64,000 bases of DNA from Rhodospirillaceae bacterium (GTDB taxonomy: Bacteria; Pseudomonadota; Alphaproteobacteria; UBA6615), in NCBI GenBank assembly GCA_018702955.1, contig JABJEK010000022.1:21789-85788 (forward strand), read 5' to 3'. The position numbers and the translations under genes are program-made. The notes beneath the pieces were generated by a model, which worked only from the letters and a program-made list of their open reading frames with translations, was not told the origin of the DNA and did no database searches. Shown here piece by piece: positions 42,045 to 53,081 of the stretch. Position 1 is the stretch's first letter; each line of letters opens with the position of its first letter.

Positions 42045-42250
42045 GGGAGAGACCGGCCATTTTTGCCGGCGCCGAAGGAGCAACCGCCCCGGAAACTCTC
42101 AGGCATCCAGGACCGCAAGGGGGATGACACTCTGGAAAGCAGGCCCGGCCGGGTATGTACGGTTCCGGGCCTCACCGAAGGCGTAAACCGTGTCCGGGCA
42201 AGTCCGGGACCGGTGAATCTCTCAGGTCTGACGACAGAGTGGGGCAGGCG
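42045..42250 (+). promoter_or_regulatory. glycine riboswitch, tandem aptamers, in the gcvT leader
   Basis: Aptamer 1 is GGGAGAG...GCCGAAGGAGCAA...CTCTCAGGC...GGACCG. Aptamer 2 is CTCTGGAAAG...CACCGAAGGCGTAA...CTCTCAGG...GACAGAG. It lies immediately upstream of gcvT. Confidence 0.8.
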
Positions 42251-42296
42251 GCGCAACGGGTGCGCTGTCCGGCTTGGCTCGGACCGGGAGAGCGGC

Positions 42297-43427
42297 GTGG
42301 CGTCAGTTCCTGAAACGGAAATTCGCAGAACCCCCTTATACGACGTGCATGTGTCGCTGGGTGCCCGCATGGTGCCCTTCGCGGGCTATGCCATGCCGGT
42401 GCAGTACCCTGCGGGTATCATCGCCGAGCACAATGCGACGCGCAGCGCTGCGGGTCTGTTCGATGTATCCCATATGGGCCAGGCGATCCTGCGCGGAGAC
42501 GATCCCGCGGCAAGCTTTGAACGGCTGGTGCCGGGCGACATCACAGGCCTGACGACCGGGCGCATGCGTTACACGTTGTTGCTCAACGATGCGGGTGGCA
42601 TCCGCGACGACCTTATGGTTACGCGGATCGAGGAGGGTGGCGTCCCGGCCTTGTTCCTGGTGGTCAACGCCGGGTGCAAGGATGCGGATTTCGCTCATAT
42701 CGCCGCACTGCTCGCGGACGAAGCGGAGTTGCAGATACTCAATGATAGCGCCCTGCTGGCGCTTCAGGGCCCGATGGCCGAGGCGGTGCTTGCGACGTTG
42801 GCGCCTGAATGCCGTGACCTCGTCTTCATGCAAGGCGCGGAGATGACCCTCGACGGGGCCGCAGCCTATGTGACGCGCTCGGGCTATACGGGCGAGGATG
42901 GGTTTGAAATTTCGGTGGCCAACGAAGCGGTCGCCGGCCTGGCGCAAACGCTGTTGGCCCATGACGGTGTCGAGCCTGTCGGGCTCGGCGCGCGGGATTC
43001 ATTGCGGCTGGAAGCGGGGCTCTGCCTCTACGGCCACGATATTGATGAAACCACGTCTCCCATCGAGGCCGGTCTGGCCTGGGCCGTCGGCAAACGCCGG
43101 CGTGAGTCGGCCGATTTCCCGGGCGCCGAGACAATCCTGCAACAGCTGAACGAAGGGCCGACACGCAAACGCGTCGGCATTCGGCCGGATGGCCGCGCAC
43201 CGGTGCGCGAGGGCGCGGTGATCCGCGATGCAGAAGATGCCGAGATCGGGATTGTCACCAGCGGCGGGTTCGGCCCGACGCTCGGCGGCCCCGTGGCGAT
43301 GGGATATGTGAATGCCGCCTGTGCCGCATCCGGCACGGCACTGAAGATCGAATTGAGGGGCCGGTCGGTGCCCGCCACCGTGGCGGATTTGCCGTTCGTG
43401 CCCGCCAACTACAAGCGTGCTCGCTGA
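42297..43427 (+). CDS. gcvT: glycine cleavage system aminomethyltransferase (T protein)
   Basis: GcvT family (LYDVHVSLGARMVPFAGYAMPVQY). GTG start at 42297 follows the riboswitch. The annotated ORF start at 42063 lies inside the riboswitch leader. Confidence 0.85.
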   Translation: MASVPETEIRRTPLYDVHVSLGARMVPFAGYAMPVQYPAGIIAEHNATRSAAGLFDVSHMGQAILRGDDPAASFERLVPGDITGLTTGRMRYTLLLNDAGGIRDDLMVTRIEEGGVPALFLVVNAGCKDADFAHIAALLADEAELQILNDSALLALQGPMAEAVLATLAPECRDLVFMQGAEMTLDGAAAYVTRSGYTGEDGFEISVANEAVAGLAQTLLAHDGVEPVGLGARDSLRLEAGLCLYGHDIDETTSPIEAGLAWAVGKRRRESADFPGAETILQQLNEGPTRKRVGIRPDGRAPVREGAVIRDAEDAEIGIVTSGGFGPTLGGPVAMGYVNAACAASGTALKIELRGRSVPATVADLPFVPANYKRAR

Positions 43428-43445
43428 GCTGAGAGGAGAAGGGTA

Positions 43446-43823
43446 ATGGCCAACCGGAAATACAGCCAAGACCATGAATGGGTCGAAGTGGAGGGAGAGA
43501 CCGGCATGATCGGGATTTCCGACTATGCGCAGGAGCAGCTCGGCGACGTCGTGTTCGTGGAATTGCCCGATGTCGGCAAGATGCTCGATCGGGGCGACGA
43601 GGCCGCGGTGGTGGAATCGGTCAAGGCGGCGGCGGAGGTCTATGCACCCGTCGGGGGCGAGGTGATTGAAGTCAATGACGCCCTCAACGGAGACCCGTCG
43701 CTGGTCAATACGGACGCGTTCGGGGATGGCTGGTTCGCCAAGCTCCGCCTAACCGATCCTGCGGACCTCGACGAGCTGATGGATGAAGCCGCCTACAAGA
43801 CCTACTGCGAGGGCCTGGACTAA
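43446..43823 (+). CDS. gcvH: glycine cleavage system H protein
   Basis: Lipoyl-lysine motif ESVKAA in a 125-aa protein. Confidence 0.9.
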   Translation: MANRKYSQDHEWVEVEGETGMIGISDYAQEQLGDVVFVELPDVGKMLDRGDEAAVVESVKAAAEVYAPVGGEVIEVNDALNGDPSLVNTDAFGDGWFAKLRLTDPADLDELMDEAAYKTYCEGLD

Positions 43824-43824
43824 A

Positions 43825-45171
43825 ATGCGATATCTTCCACTCACGGACAATGACCGCGCCGATATGCTGTCGGCGATCGGTGTCAGATCGGTGGACGAAC
43901 TTTTCGTCGACGTGCCCGAAGCCGCGCGGTTCGACGGCGATTTCGATCTTTCCGATCACATGGCCGAGTATCAGGTGGAAGCGAAGATCGCGGCCCTGGC
44001 CGGGCGCAATGTCTCTACGGCGGACGTCCCCAGTTTTCTGGGCGCCGGCGCGTATCGCCATCATATTCCCGCCTCGGTGGACCATCTGGTCCAGCGCGGT
44101 GAGTTCCTGACGTCTTACACCCCCTATCAGCCGGAAATATCGCAAGGCACGCTGCAGGCCCTGTTTGAATTCCAGACGATGGTCGCCCTGATCACCGGCA
44201 TGGATGTGGCCAACGCCTCGATGTATGACGGCGCGACGTCCTGTGCCGAGGCGGTGCTGATGGCCCAGCGGGTCACCCGGCGCAACAAGGCGATTATCTC
44301 GGGCGGCGTGCATCCTCACTACCGTGAAGTGACCGAGACCCAGTCGCGCTATCTGGATATCGAGATCGACGCCCGGCCGCCGGATCTGGGTGGTCTTGAA
44401 GAGCTGGCCGGTGACATCGGCGAGGATACGGCCTGTGTCGTAGTGCAGAATCCCGGTGTGTTCGGGCATGTCCGTGATTTCGGTCCACTCGCCGATGCCT
44501 GCCGCGCCGCTGGGGCGCTTCTGGTGGTTGTCGTCACCGAGGCGGTCTCTCTCGGCGCTGTTCGCTCGCCGGGCGAGATGGGTGCCGACATCGTGGTAGC
44601 CGAGGGGCAGAGCCTGGGCAACGCCCAGGGATTCGGCGGACCCTATGTGGGCCTGTTCGCGGCGCGCGAGAAATATGTCCGCCAGATGCCGGGCCGGCTC
44701 GCCGGCGAGACGGTCGACGAGGACGGCCGCCGCGGCTGGGTGCTGACGCTCTCGACCCGCGAACAGCATATCCGTCGCGAGAAGGCGACGAGCAATATCT
44801 GCACCAATTCCGGCCTCTGTGCCCTGGCCTTCACGATCCATCTCTCGCTATTGGGAGAAGACGGTTTCCGGAAACTGGCGGCGCTCAACCATGCGCACGC
44901 GGTCGCCTTGGCTTCGCGGCTGGAATCCGTGGCCGGGGTTGAGGTGCTGTCGGACACGTTCTTCAACGAGTTCGCAATCAGGCTGAGCGGTTCCGCCCGG
45001 GAGGCGGTTGATGCGCTGGCGGCGCGGGATATTCTGGCCGGTGTGCCTGCCTCGCGCCTGTATGGCTCCGATGCCGGGCTCGACGACATTCTGCTGGTGG
45101 CCGTAAGTGAGCTCACCCGTGACGAGGATATGGACGCCTTGTGTAGCGGTCTGACGGAGGTGCTGGCATGA
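43825..45171 (+). CDS. gcvPA: glycine dehydrogenase (decarboxylating) subunit 1
   Basis: The N-terminal half of the P protein, split subunit-1 type. ATG lies 1 nt after the gcvH stop. Confidence 0.85.
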   Translation: MRYLPLTDNDRADMLSAIGVRSVDELFVDVPEAARFDGDFDLSDHMAEYQVEAKIAALAGRNVSTADVPSFLGAGAYRHHIPASVDHLVQRGEFLTSYTPYQPEISQGTLQALFEFQTMVALITGMDVANASMYDGATSCAEAVLMAQRVTRRNKAIISGGVHPHYREVTETQSRYLDIEIDARPPDLGGLEELAGDIGEDTACVVVQNPGVFGHVRDFGPLADACRAAGALLVVVVTEAVSLGAVRSPGEMGADIVVAEGQSLGNAQGFGGPYVGLFAAREKYVRQMPGRLAGETVDEDGRRGWVLTLSTREQHIRREKATSNICTNSGLCALAFTIHLSLLGEDGFRKLAALNHAHAVALASRLESVAGVEVLSDTFFNEFAIRLSGSAREAVDALAARDILAGVPASRLYGSDAGLDDILLVAVSELTRDEDMDALCSGLTEVLA

Positions 45172-46742
45172 GCGGGCATTCGAAGGATTTGAGCCGGCCG
45201 GCGCCCACGATGGCAGCGGGCGCGGTCGACACCGTGCATGGGCATCAGGGTTTGCGCCTGGAAGAGCCATTGTTGTTCGAGATCGACAACCCGGGCGCGG
45301 TCGGAGTCGATCTACCCGATCCGGGTGCGACTGAAAACCGGTTGGGCGGGCTCGAACGCCACGCGCCGATAGGGCTGCCGAGCGCGAGCGAGCCCGAAAT
45401 CGTTCGCCATTACACGCGCCTGTCGCAAAAGAACTACGCGATCGATATGGGCACCTATCCGCTCGGCTCGTGCACGATGAAGCACAATCCGCGGCTCAAC
45501 GAGAAAATGGTGCGTCTGCCGGGGTTCGCGAACCTGCATCCGATGCAGCCCGACGCGACCACCCAGGGTGCGCTCGAACTGATCGACAATTTGGCCCATT
45601 GGCTCAAGGAACTGACCGGGATGCCGGCGGTGGCCATGTCGCCGGCGGCCGGCGCTCATGGTGAATTGTGCGGCGTGATGGCCATTCGTGCCGCACTCGA
45701 TGACCGCGAAGGCGGGCCGACGAGCCGGCGGCGTATCCTGGTGCCGGATTCCGCCCACGGCACGAACCCCGCGACCGCCGCGGCGTGTGGTTTTACCGTC
45801 GATGCCATTCCCTCGGACGCACGCGGCCGGGTCGATGTGAAGGCCTTTGCCGACAAGCTGGATGATGACGTCGCGGGGATCATGATCACCAACCCCAACA
45901 CATGCGGGCTGTTCGAGAACGACATGATCGAGATCGCCGGCCTGATCCACGATGCCGGCGGCTACTTCTACTGCGACGGGGCGAATTTCAACGCCATCGT
46001 CAGCCGCGTGCGGCCGGGCGATCTGGGCATCGATTGCATGCATATCAACCTGCACAAGACCTTCTCGACCCCCCATGGGGGCGGTGGCCCGGGCGCGGGC
46101 CCCGTGGTGCTGTCGGACGCGCTGGCGCCCTTCGCACCCACCCCGTGGGTGGTGCATGGCGGTGACGGGTTCTCGCTGGTGGAACATGGTGCGGATGCGG
46201 GCGACGCAAAGCCGTTCGGGCGCCTGAAGGGTTTCCATGGCCAGATGGGCATGTTCGTGCGTGCCTATGCCTACATGCTCAGCCATGGCCGCGACGGGTT
46301 GCGCCAGGTCGCCAACGACGCGGTACTCAATGCGAACTATGTGATGGCCCAGCTGTCTGACGTCATGACCGCCGCCTTCGATGGCCCTTGCATGCATGAA
46401 TGCCTGTTCGACGATCGGTTCCTGAAGGATTCCGGTGTCACGACGCTGGATTTCGCCAAGGCGATGATCGACGAGGGCTATCACCCGATGACCATGTATT
46501 TCCCGCTGGTGGTGCATGGCGCGATGCTCATCGAGCCGACGGAGACCGAATCCCGGCGTGAGCTCGACAACTTCATTGCGGTGGTCCGCTCGCTGGTCGC
46601 AAGGGTGCAATCCGGCGACAGTGACGCGTTTGCCGCCGCCCCGCGGCTCACGCCGCGCCGACGTCTCGATGAGACCGCCGCGGCGCGGAGCCCGGTGCTG
46701 CGCTGGACGCCGGAAATACCCACGGCGGAGGCTGCGGAGTAA
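45168..46742 (+). CDS. gcvPB: glycine dehydrogenase (decarboxylating) subunit 2
   Basis: The C-terminal PLP-binding half of the P protein ([18 protein letters not shown]). It overlaps gcvPA by 4 nt. Confidence 0.85.
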   Translation: MSGHSKDLSRPAPTMAAGAVDTVHGHQGLRLEEPLLFEIDNPGAVGVDLPDPGATENRLGGLERHAPIGLPSASEPEIVRHYTRLSQKNYAIDMGTYPLGSCTMKHNPRLNEKMVRLPGFANLHPMQPDATTQGALELIDNLAHWLKELTGMPAVAMSPAAGAHGELCGVMAIRAALDDREGGPTSRRRILVPDSAHGTNPATAAACGFTVDAIPSDARGRVDVKAFADKLDDDVAGIMITNPNTCGLFENDMIEIAGLIHDAGGYFYCDGANFNAIVSRVRPGDLGIDCMHINLHKTFSTPHGGGGPGAGPVVLSDALAPFAPTPWVVHGGDGFSLVEHGADAGDAKPFGRLKGFHGQMGMFVRAYAYMLSHGRDGLRQVANDAVLNANYVMAQLSDVMTAAFDGPCMHECLFDDRFLKDSGVTTLDFAKAMIDEGYHPMTMYFPLVVHGAMLIEPTETESRRELDNFIAVVRSLVARVQSGDSDAFAAAPRLTPRRRLDETAAARSPVLRWTPEIPTAEAAE

Positions 46743-46766
46743 GCACGTCGGTTTGCTGCGGGCATG

Positions 46767-46797
46767 AAAAAGGCCCCTTGAAGGGGCCTCTTTGAAA
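46767..46797. terminator. bidirectional rho-independent terminator between gcvPB (+) and atpF (-)
   Basis: Hairpin AGGCCCCTT-GAA-GGGGCCT with an A-run 5' and a T-rich stretch 3'. It is usable from either strand. Confidence 0.6.
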
Positions 46798-46816
46798 CGG
46801 GACCAGGCGGTCAGGT

Positions 46817-47380
46817 CTAGTTGAGTTTGCCCGGTACTTCCCGGATCGCTTCGTCGACCAGTTCGTCACCCTTTTGACCCTCGACCGTCTCGGTCAGGAT
46901 CCGCTGGGTGGCGTCGATCGCAATATCGGCGGCCAGTGCACGGACATCGGCGACGGCACGGGCTTCGGCGGCGGCGATCATGTCCAGCGCCTGTTGTTCG
47001 CGGCGCTTGAGCGTGTCTGTGGTGCGCGCCTGGACGTTCTCTTCGATGCGCCGGGCCTCTTCGCGCGCTTCGGCGACGATACCCTCGGCTTCGGCCAGCG
47101 CGTCACGCTGCTTGCGCTGATATTCGGCCAGCGTGTGCTGGGCCTCTTCGCGCAGGCGTTGTGCCTCGTCGAGCTCCGACTTGATGGCGTCGGTGCGGCC
47201 GTCGAGTTTGGTCGTGATCGCCTTCGACATGGGACGGTAAACCGCGACCACGAAAATGATGAAGGCGATCAGAACCCAGGTCTCGGGCTTCTCGAAGAAC
47301 GATGCGTGATCGTCGGCGGCCAGCGCGGTGGTGGTGGACCCAAGAAGGGTCGCGGTGGCGAAGGTAAGCCGTGCCAGCAT
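46817..47380 (-). CDS. atpF: F0F1 ATP synthase subunit b
   Basis: N-terminal TM helix followed by a long charged coiled coil. It is last in the F0 operon. Confidence 0.8.
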   Translation of the reverse strand: MLARLTFATATLLGSTTTALAADDHASFFEKPETWVLIAFIIFVVAVYRPMSKAITTKLDGRTDAIKSELDEAQRLREEAQHTLAEYQRKQRDALAEAEGIVAEAREEARRIEENVQARTTDTLKRREQQALDMIAAAEARAVADVRALAADIAIDATQRILTETVEGQKGDELVDEAIREVPGKLN

Positions 47381-47871
47381 TATGAACGCCCTCCGACAGC
47401 ATCGTCGATCGCCTTGCGAACCGCACCGCTGTCCGGCGTCACGCCGATCAGGCGCTCGACGGCCTGACTGGCAATGTCTTCCACCAGATCGGCCACATTC
47501 GCCGCTGCGGTTTGCTGGGCGTCGTTGATCCGCGCGCGTGCGGCATCGGCATCGGCCGAAAGCTTCTCGGTGAGGGCCGCATTGTGCTTTTCAGCCTCGG
47601 CTGTCGCGGCTTCCGCGGCCAGATGAAGCTGTTCCTGCGCACCGGCACGTGCCTGCGCCAATTCCGCCTCATAGGCGGCGAGCACCTCTTCGGCCTCGCT
47701 CGCCAATTCCTCTGCGCGCGCGATGTCGCCATCGATCCGCTGGTGGCGGCTATCGATCGTCGCGGCAATCCGCGGCAAGGCGATACGCCACGCGAACACG
47801 AACACGACGGCAAAACAGACGACCAGCCAGAAAATCTGGCTTGCGAATGAGGAAGGTTCAAACTGAGGCAT
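47380..47871 (-). CDS. atpF2: F0F1 ATP synthase subunit b' (second b-type subunit of alphaproteobacteria)
   Basis: A b-subunit-like architecture with MPQFEPSSFASQIFWLVVCF. It sits immediately upstream of atpF. Confidence 0.8.
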   Translation of the reverse strand: MPQFEPSSFASQIFWLVVCFAVVFVFAWRIALPRIAATIDSRHQRIDGDIARAEELASEAEEVLAAYEAELAQARAGAQEQLHLAAEAATAEAEKHNAALTEKLSADADAARARINDAQQTAAANVADLVEDIASQAVERLIGVTPDSGAVRKAIDDAVGGRS

Positions 47872-47962
47872 CTTGGCGCTCTTCCGCTTTCGATCCGGTC
47901 ACCGGCCGGGCATGCCCAGGGGCAGCCGGCCAGGTGGCCTTAACCGTTGCGTCCGGTTTCGA

Positions 47963-48202
47963 CTAACCGGCGAGGATGATGAAAGCCATAATCAGCGCGA
48001 ACAGCGCGATGGCTTCCGTGACCGCGAACCCGATCCAGATGAACGCGCCAATTTCTTCCTTGGCGGCGGGGTTGCGACCGATTGCTTCGATGTAGCTGGC
48101 CCAGATGCGGCCAACGCCAACACCGGCACCGACCATACCGATGGCGGCCAGGCCGGCACCGATCAAACGCGCGAATTGCGTTGCGACTTCGAGTTCCATC
48201 AT
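47963..48202 (-). CDS. atpE: F0F1 ATP synthase subunit c
   Basis: Two TM helices and the proton-binding Glu in GFAVTEAIALF. AAGGAG Shine-Dalgarno lies 6 nt before ATG 48202. The annotated ORF start is an upstream TTG. Confidence 0.85.
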   Translation of the reverse strand: MMELEVATQFARLIGAGLAAIGMVGAGVGVGRIWASYIEAIGRNPAAKEEIGAFIWIGFAVTEAIALFALIMAFIILAG

Positions 48203-48235
48203 AACAGGCTCCTTCAAGCTTTCTCGTATTGGGGA

Positions 48236-48970
48236 CTAATGTAGATGCAATGCGTCGTTCAAATAGACGCATGTGAGGATGGCAAACACGTAAGCCTGGA
48301 TGACGGCAATCATCACCTCAAGCAACGTGATGGCGATCAGGAAGGCCAGCGGCAGCAGGCCGGGCAGAACCCAGAAGCCGCCGAGCGCGACAACGCCGCC
48401 GCCGATCACTTTCAGCAGGACATGGCCGACCGTCATGTTGGCGAACAAGCGCACGGACAGGCTGATCGGGCGTGAGAAGTAGGAAATGATCTCGATCGGG
48501 ATCAGGACCGGTGCCGAGACGATCGGGGCGCCATGGGGGAAGAACAGCGAGAAGAACTTAAAGCCGTGCTTCGCCAGGCCGATGATCGTGACCCCGACGA
48601 AAATGAAAGCCGCCATCGCAAACGTCACCGCGAGATGGCTGGTAAACGTGAACGCGCCGGGGATCAGGCCGAGCAGATTGCCGAACAGGATGAACATGAA
48701 CAGACTGAAGATAAACGGGAAATAGGGTCGCCCCTGGGATCCCACATTGTCGCGCACCATGTCCGCGATGATTTGGTAGAAATATTCGGCCGAAGCCTGC
48801 ATGCGTCCGGGAACCAACGCGCGACGCTGGGTGCTGACGATCATGAAGATCACCAGAACCGCCGCTGTGATTGCCATCCAGAGCGATGAGTTCGTGAACG
48901 AAATATCGATATCGGCAACTTCGATATCGACGATCGGTACGATTGTGAATTGTTCGAGAGGGCTAGCCAC
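48236..48970 (-). CDS. atpB: F0F1 ATP synthase subunit a
   Basis: Five TM helices and the essential Arg in LSVRLFANMTVGH. Confidence 0.9.
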   Translation of the reverse strand: MASPLEQFTIVPIVDIEVADIDISFTNSSLWMAITAAVLVIFMIVSTQRRALVPGRMQASAEYFYQIIADMVRDNVGSQGRPYFPFIFSLFMFILFGNLLGLIPGAFTFTSHLAVTFAMAAFIFVGVTIIGLAKHGFKFFSLFFPHGAPIVSAPVLIPIEIISYFSRPISLSVRLFANMTVGHVLLKVIGGGVVALGGFWVLPGLLPLAFLIAITLLEVMIAVIQAYVFAILTCVYLNDALHLH

Positions 48971-49017
48971 CCGGATACTCTCCAGTCTTATTCGGTGTAT
49001 GTCCGACGCGCCGGAAT

Positions 49018-49347
49018 TTATGCGTCGGTATCACCGTTTGTCTTTCGCTTGCTTGCCTGATTTGCGGTTCGAACGACGTTCAACAATCCCGCAGCAAATC
49101 CAAGCATCAAGAACACCACCAACAACCAGGGCTTCGTGCCCAACCACCAGTCCAGACTCCAGCCGATTCCTCCGCCGAAACCCACTCCGGCGACCAGATC
49201 GACGGCAACTTTTATGCCGACGCCCATGTCCGAAGCACTTCTAGACCGTGACGAGGCCTTACGTTCTGCCCCCGCGCGCCGGTCGCGAACCTTGCCCAGG
49301 CGCCGTTTGAGTTCAGGCAGTTCGGAAGGTTGGTCCGGATCAGTCAT
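49018..49347 (-). CDS. atpI: ATP synthase protein I-like (AtpI/AtpR) small membrane protein
   Basis: A 109-aa two-TM protein at the head of the F0 operon. Start is at MTDPDQPS (ATG at 49345-49347). Confidence 0.55.
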   Translation of the reverse strand: MTDPDQPSELPELKRRLGKVRDRRAGAERKASSRSRSASDMGVGIKVAVDLVAGVGFGGGIGWSLDWWLGTKPWLLVVFLMLGFAAGLLNVVRTANQASKRKTNGDTDA

Positions 49348-49533
49348 GGACCCACTTTTTCCCCGAATTGCTGTTCCCGAAGTCCGACAGGACCGGCACC
49401 CGAAAGCGAGCGCAAAGTAGCGAGCGCCCCTAGGCAAGTCAAGGCGACATTCCGCACATGCGAAGAGGTTCACAAGCCCCGGAAAACCGGGGCAAAACCG
49501 GTAGAAAAAAGAAACTGGACCGGAACCAAAACC

Positions 49534-52500
49534 CTACGCGATGGCGCGAATTTCCTCAGCCCCGCGAAGGTCGACCGAGACGAGCTGACTGATGCCGCGT
49601 TCCGGCATCGTCACGCCGTATAGGCGGTCCATACGGGCCATCGTCATGCGGTGATGGGTCACGATCAGGAAACGGGTCGTGCCGATCGACGAGATGTAGT
49701 CGAGCAGATTGCAGAAGCGGTCCACATTGGCATCATCGAGCGGGGCATCGACCTCGTCGAGGACGCAGATCGGCGCCGGGTTGGTCAGGAACACGGCAAA
49801 CAGCAATGCCGTCGCCGTCAGCGCCTGTTCGCCGCCCGACAGCAGGGACAGCGACTGCAGTTTCTTGCCCGGCGGGCTGGCGAAGATCTCGAGCCCGGCC
49901 TGGAGCGGGTCTTCCGCGTCGGTCAATTCGAGATGGGCGCGCCCGCCGCCGAACAGGCGCACGAACAGTTCCTGAAAATGCTTGTCGACTTCCTGGAACG
50001 AGGCGAGCAGCCGTTGACGGGCCTCGCGGTTGAGGCTGGCGATGCCGCGTCGCAGGCGATCGATCGCCGACACGAGGTCTTCGCGTTCGGTCTGGATCGT
50101 CTCGATTTTCTCGGTCAGTTCCTCGGATTCCTGTTCCGCGCGCAGGTTCACCGGTCCCATATTGTCGCGCTCGCGCAACAGCCGTTCTAGGCGGCGGTCG
50201 GACGCGTCGAGGTCCGGCAGTTCCTTGCCCTCGGCGATCTCTGCCAGGGCCAGAACGTCCTCGGGCTTGCACTCCAGCCGCTCGGTGATCCGCTCGATCA
50301 CGGTTTCCAGCGTCTGTGTCACCTGGGCGACGGCGGATTCCGTGCGAACCTTGTTTTCGCGCACGTCTCCGAGTTTCGCCTCGGCATCACGCATCGTGCG
50401 CTCTGCCTGGGAGAGGCGCTCGTCGGCACGCGCGACGGCGTCGGCGGCTTCATTGCGGCGCGTCTCGGACGCATTCAGCCGGTCCATCAGCGCATTGCGC
50501 TGGGTCTCGATCTCGGCCGGCCGGGCGGCGAGGGTCTGCAATTCGCCGCGTGCCTGTGCGTCACGGGCCTCAAGCTCGCCGATGCGTTCGCCCGCACCAT
50601 TGTCGCGGGCCTGCCAGGATGTTTCCTCGGCTGCGAGCGCGGTGATGCGACGATGGCGTTCTTCGGATTCGCGCACCAGCCGGTCATGCTCGCCCTGTGC
50701 GGCGACAGAGGCCGCGCGGGCTTCGTTGAGCTGGCTGCGCAAGGCCTGGGTGTTGCTGCGCAGTGTGTCCAGGTCGCCAACGGCGTCCCGTCGGGTGCGT
50801 GCATCATCCAGACGAGAATCGATATCGGTGATGTCGGTTTGGATGCGGGTCAGGGTTTCCCCGAGATTCTCATGGCGCGCGATGCGTGCCGCGAACTCGC
50901 GTGCCAGGCCGGCATGGGCGCGCCGTGCGTCCGCCGCGGTGTCGTCGGCGACTTCGAGGGCCGCGCGTGCGGCTCTTGCGGCATCACCCGCATGGTCGGC
51001 CGCCTCTCGTGCGGTGCGGTGCTCCGCCTCGATTTTCTCGAAACTTGTCTCGGCCGTCGTGATGCGCCCGCCCAATTCGGTCAGGCGATTGCGCTGGCGC
51101 AACCGGGTGGACGTGGTCGAGCGTGCGTCGTTGCGCGAGGTGTAACCATCCCAGCGCCAGAAATTTCCCGTGGTGTCGACGAGCCGTTGGCCGGCCTTCA
51201 GGTCACGGGCGAGACGGTCGCCGGTCTCGGCATTTCCGACCACGCCGATCTGTGCCAGCCGGCGGGCCAGCGGGCCGGCCTTGCTGACAAATTCGCTGAG
51301 CGGACGGACACCCGAAGGCAGGCCGGGATCTTCGGCCGGCACGCCCATGATCTGCCAGTGACGGGGCGCCCGGTCGTCCGAGGGCGCATCGAGGTCTTCG
51401 CCGAGTGCGGCGCCGAGTGCTGCCTCATAACCTGCGGTCACCTCGATCGCGTCGATCATCGGCGTCCAGTCGGCGTCAAGGGTTTCGGCCTCCGTGGCCA
51501 GCAAATCCTCGAGTGCGCCGGCTTCCGCGCGCAGTCGCGACAAGGCCTCATCGGCCTGCGAGCGCACATCGCGGGCCTTGTCGCGTTCGACGTCGGCAAG
51601 CTCACGCTTTTCTTCGGTCGTCTCGAGTGTCGCACGAGCGCTTTTGAGGTTTTCCTCCGCACCGTTCAGGCGCGTTTCAGCGGTCTCGAGCTCGTTGGAG
51701 CTAAGCCCCTGTTCCTCGATTGCCGCGCGCTCGGCCTTGGCCTCGTCATTTTGTGCTTCGAGGCGGCGGCGGCGGGCAGAAAGCTCGTTGACCTCGCGTT
51801 CGAGCGCAGTGATCTGTGCCTCACCGGTTGCCAGGCGCTCCATCAACTGGGTGAGCTCGGCCTCAACGGCCTCGACGCGCCCGGCGCGCGCCTCAAGGGC
51901 GGTGCGGGTCTCGGCGATCAGCTCGTCCTCTCCCGCGCATGCGCGTTCGATTTCGGCCTTCTCGGTGCCCAGCCGGGTCAGCGCATTACGCGCCTCTGCC
52001 GCAAGGCCGCGTTCGCGGCCAAGGTCGGCCTCGATCTGCGTCAGTCGGGTTTCCCACTGCTCGGTCGCTGTCCGGTTGCGCTGCTCTTCCGCGTCGAGTT
52101 CCTCGCGGGCGAGGTTCAGGGTCTGCAGTTCGGCAGCGGCAGCGGCCTCGGTTTCACGTAGCGGCACAAGTTCCGCTGCTGCGGTTTCGCGCAGGCGTGT
52201 CGCTTCCGACACCACCCGGGTCTGCTCGGCCACCAGGGTCTCGGAATTGCGCAGGCTTTCTTCCGCTTGCGCGAGATCGGTTCTCGCCGCCGACCAGCGA
52301 TGATGAAGCACGGTGGCCTCGGTGCGGCGGATATCGTGTGAGATGTTCTTGTAACGTCGGGCCTGGCGGACCTGTTTCTTGAGGCCGTTCAACTGGGCGT
52401 CGAGGGTCACCAGGACATCGTCGAGCCGTTCGAGGTTGTTCTCCGCAGCGCGCAGCCGCAGCTCGGCCTCGTGCCGGCGAGAATGCAGCCCGGTGATGCC

Positions 52501-53004
52501 GGCGGCTTCTTCCAGCAGAATGCGGCGGTCCGTCGGTTTCGCACTGATCAGCGCGCCGACCCGGCCCTGGCTGACGAGTGCCGTGGAACGCGGCCCGGTT
52601 GCCTGGTCGGCGAACAGGATTTGCACGTCGCGGGCGCGCACGTCGCCGCCGTTGATTTTGTAGTTCGAGCCTTTCTCACGCTCGATGCGGCGTGAGATTT
52701 CGATGTCGTCGGCATTGTTGAACTGGGTCGGTGCCGAACGCTCGGTGTTGTCGAGGCTGAGGACGACCTCGGCGGCGTTGCGTGCCGGGCGATCAGATGT
52801 GCCACCGAAAATGACGTCATCCATGCCGCCGCCGCGCATTTGCTTGGCCGACGTCTCGCCCATGACCCAGCGCAGCGCTTCCACGAGATTGGATTTGCCG
52901 CACCCGTTGGGGCCGACAATACCGGTCAGGCCGGGGGCGATATCGAGATCGGTCCCGTCAACGAACGATTTGAAGCCTGTCAGTCTCAGCTTGTTGAACT
53001 GCAC
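49534..53004 (-). CDS. smc: chromosome segregation protein SMC
   Basis: A 1156-aa protein with Walker A GPNGCGKSN, long coiled coils, a hinge, and the C-terminal signature LSGGEQALTATALLFAVF. Confidence 0.9.
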   Translation of the reverse strand: MQFNKLRLTGFKSFVDGTDLDIAPGLTGIVGPNGCGKSNLVEALRWVMGETSAKQMRGGGMDDVIFGGTSDRPARNAAEVVLSLDNTERSAPTQFNNADDIEISRRIEREKGSNYKINGGDVRARDVQILFADQATGPRSTALVSQGRVGALISAKPTDRRILLEEAAGITGLHSRRHEAELRLRAAENNLERLDDVLVTLDAQLNGLKKQVRQARRYKNISHDIRRTEATVLHHRWSAARTDLAQAEESLRNSETLVAEQTRVVSEATRLRETAAAELVPLRETEAAAAAELQTLNLAREELDAEEQRNRTATEQWETRLTQIEADLGRERGLAAEARNALTRLGTEKAEIERACAGEDELIAETRTALEARAGRVEAVEAELTQLMERLATGEAQITALEREVNELSARRRRLEAQNDEAKAERAAIEEQGLSSNELETAETRLNGAEENLKSARATLETTEEKRELADVERDKARDVRSQADEALSRLRAEAGALEDLLATEAETLDADWTPMIDAIEVTAGYEAALGAALGEDLDAPSDDRAPRHWQIMGVPAEDPGLPSGVRPLSEFVSKAGPLARRLAQIGVVGNAETGDRLARDLKAGQRLVDTTGNFWRWDGYTSRNDARSTTSTRLRQRNRLTELGGRITTAETSFEKIEAEHRTAREAADHAGDAARAARAALEVADDTAADARRAHAGLAREFAARIARHENLGETLTRIQTDITDIDSRLDDARTRRDAVGDLDTLRSNTQALRSQLNEARAASVAAQGEHDRLVRESEERHRRITALAAEETSWQARDNGAGERIGELEARDAQARGELQTLAARPAEIETQRNALMDRLNASETRRNEAADAVARADERLSQAERTMRDAEAKLGDVRENKVRTESAVAQVTQTLETVIERITERLECKPEDVLALAEIAEGKELPDLDASDRRLERLLRERDNMGPVNLRAEQESEELTEKIETIQTEREDLVSAIDRLRRGIASLNREARQRLLASFQEVDKHFQELFVRLFGGGRAHLELTDAEDPLQAGLEIFASPPGKKLQSLSLLSGGEQALTATALLFAVFLTNPAPICVLDEVDAPLDDANVDRFCNLLDYISSIGTTRFLIVTHHRMTMARMDRLYGVTMPERGISQLVSVDLRGAEEIRAIA

Positions 53005-53081
53005 CGGTACGTAACCCCCAAAAAAGAACTCAACCTAGTTAGGACGACACCTGAAAGACGCCGCGCATTGTGAACACCGAA

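Noticed and set aside
49066-49076. GGTTCGAAC resembling a tRNA T-loop
   Set aside because: It lies inside the atpI coding region, and no acceptor or anticodon stems can be built around it.
49478-49493. Hairpin CCCCGGAAAACCGGGG downstream of smc and upstream of atpI
   Set aside because: It is not followed by a U-run on either strand, so it is not a canonical intrinsic terminator. It may be a minor structure only.
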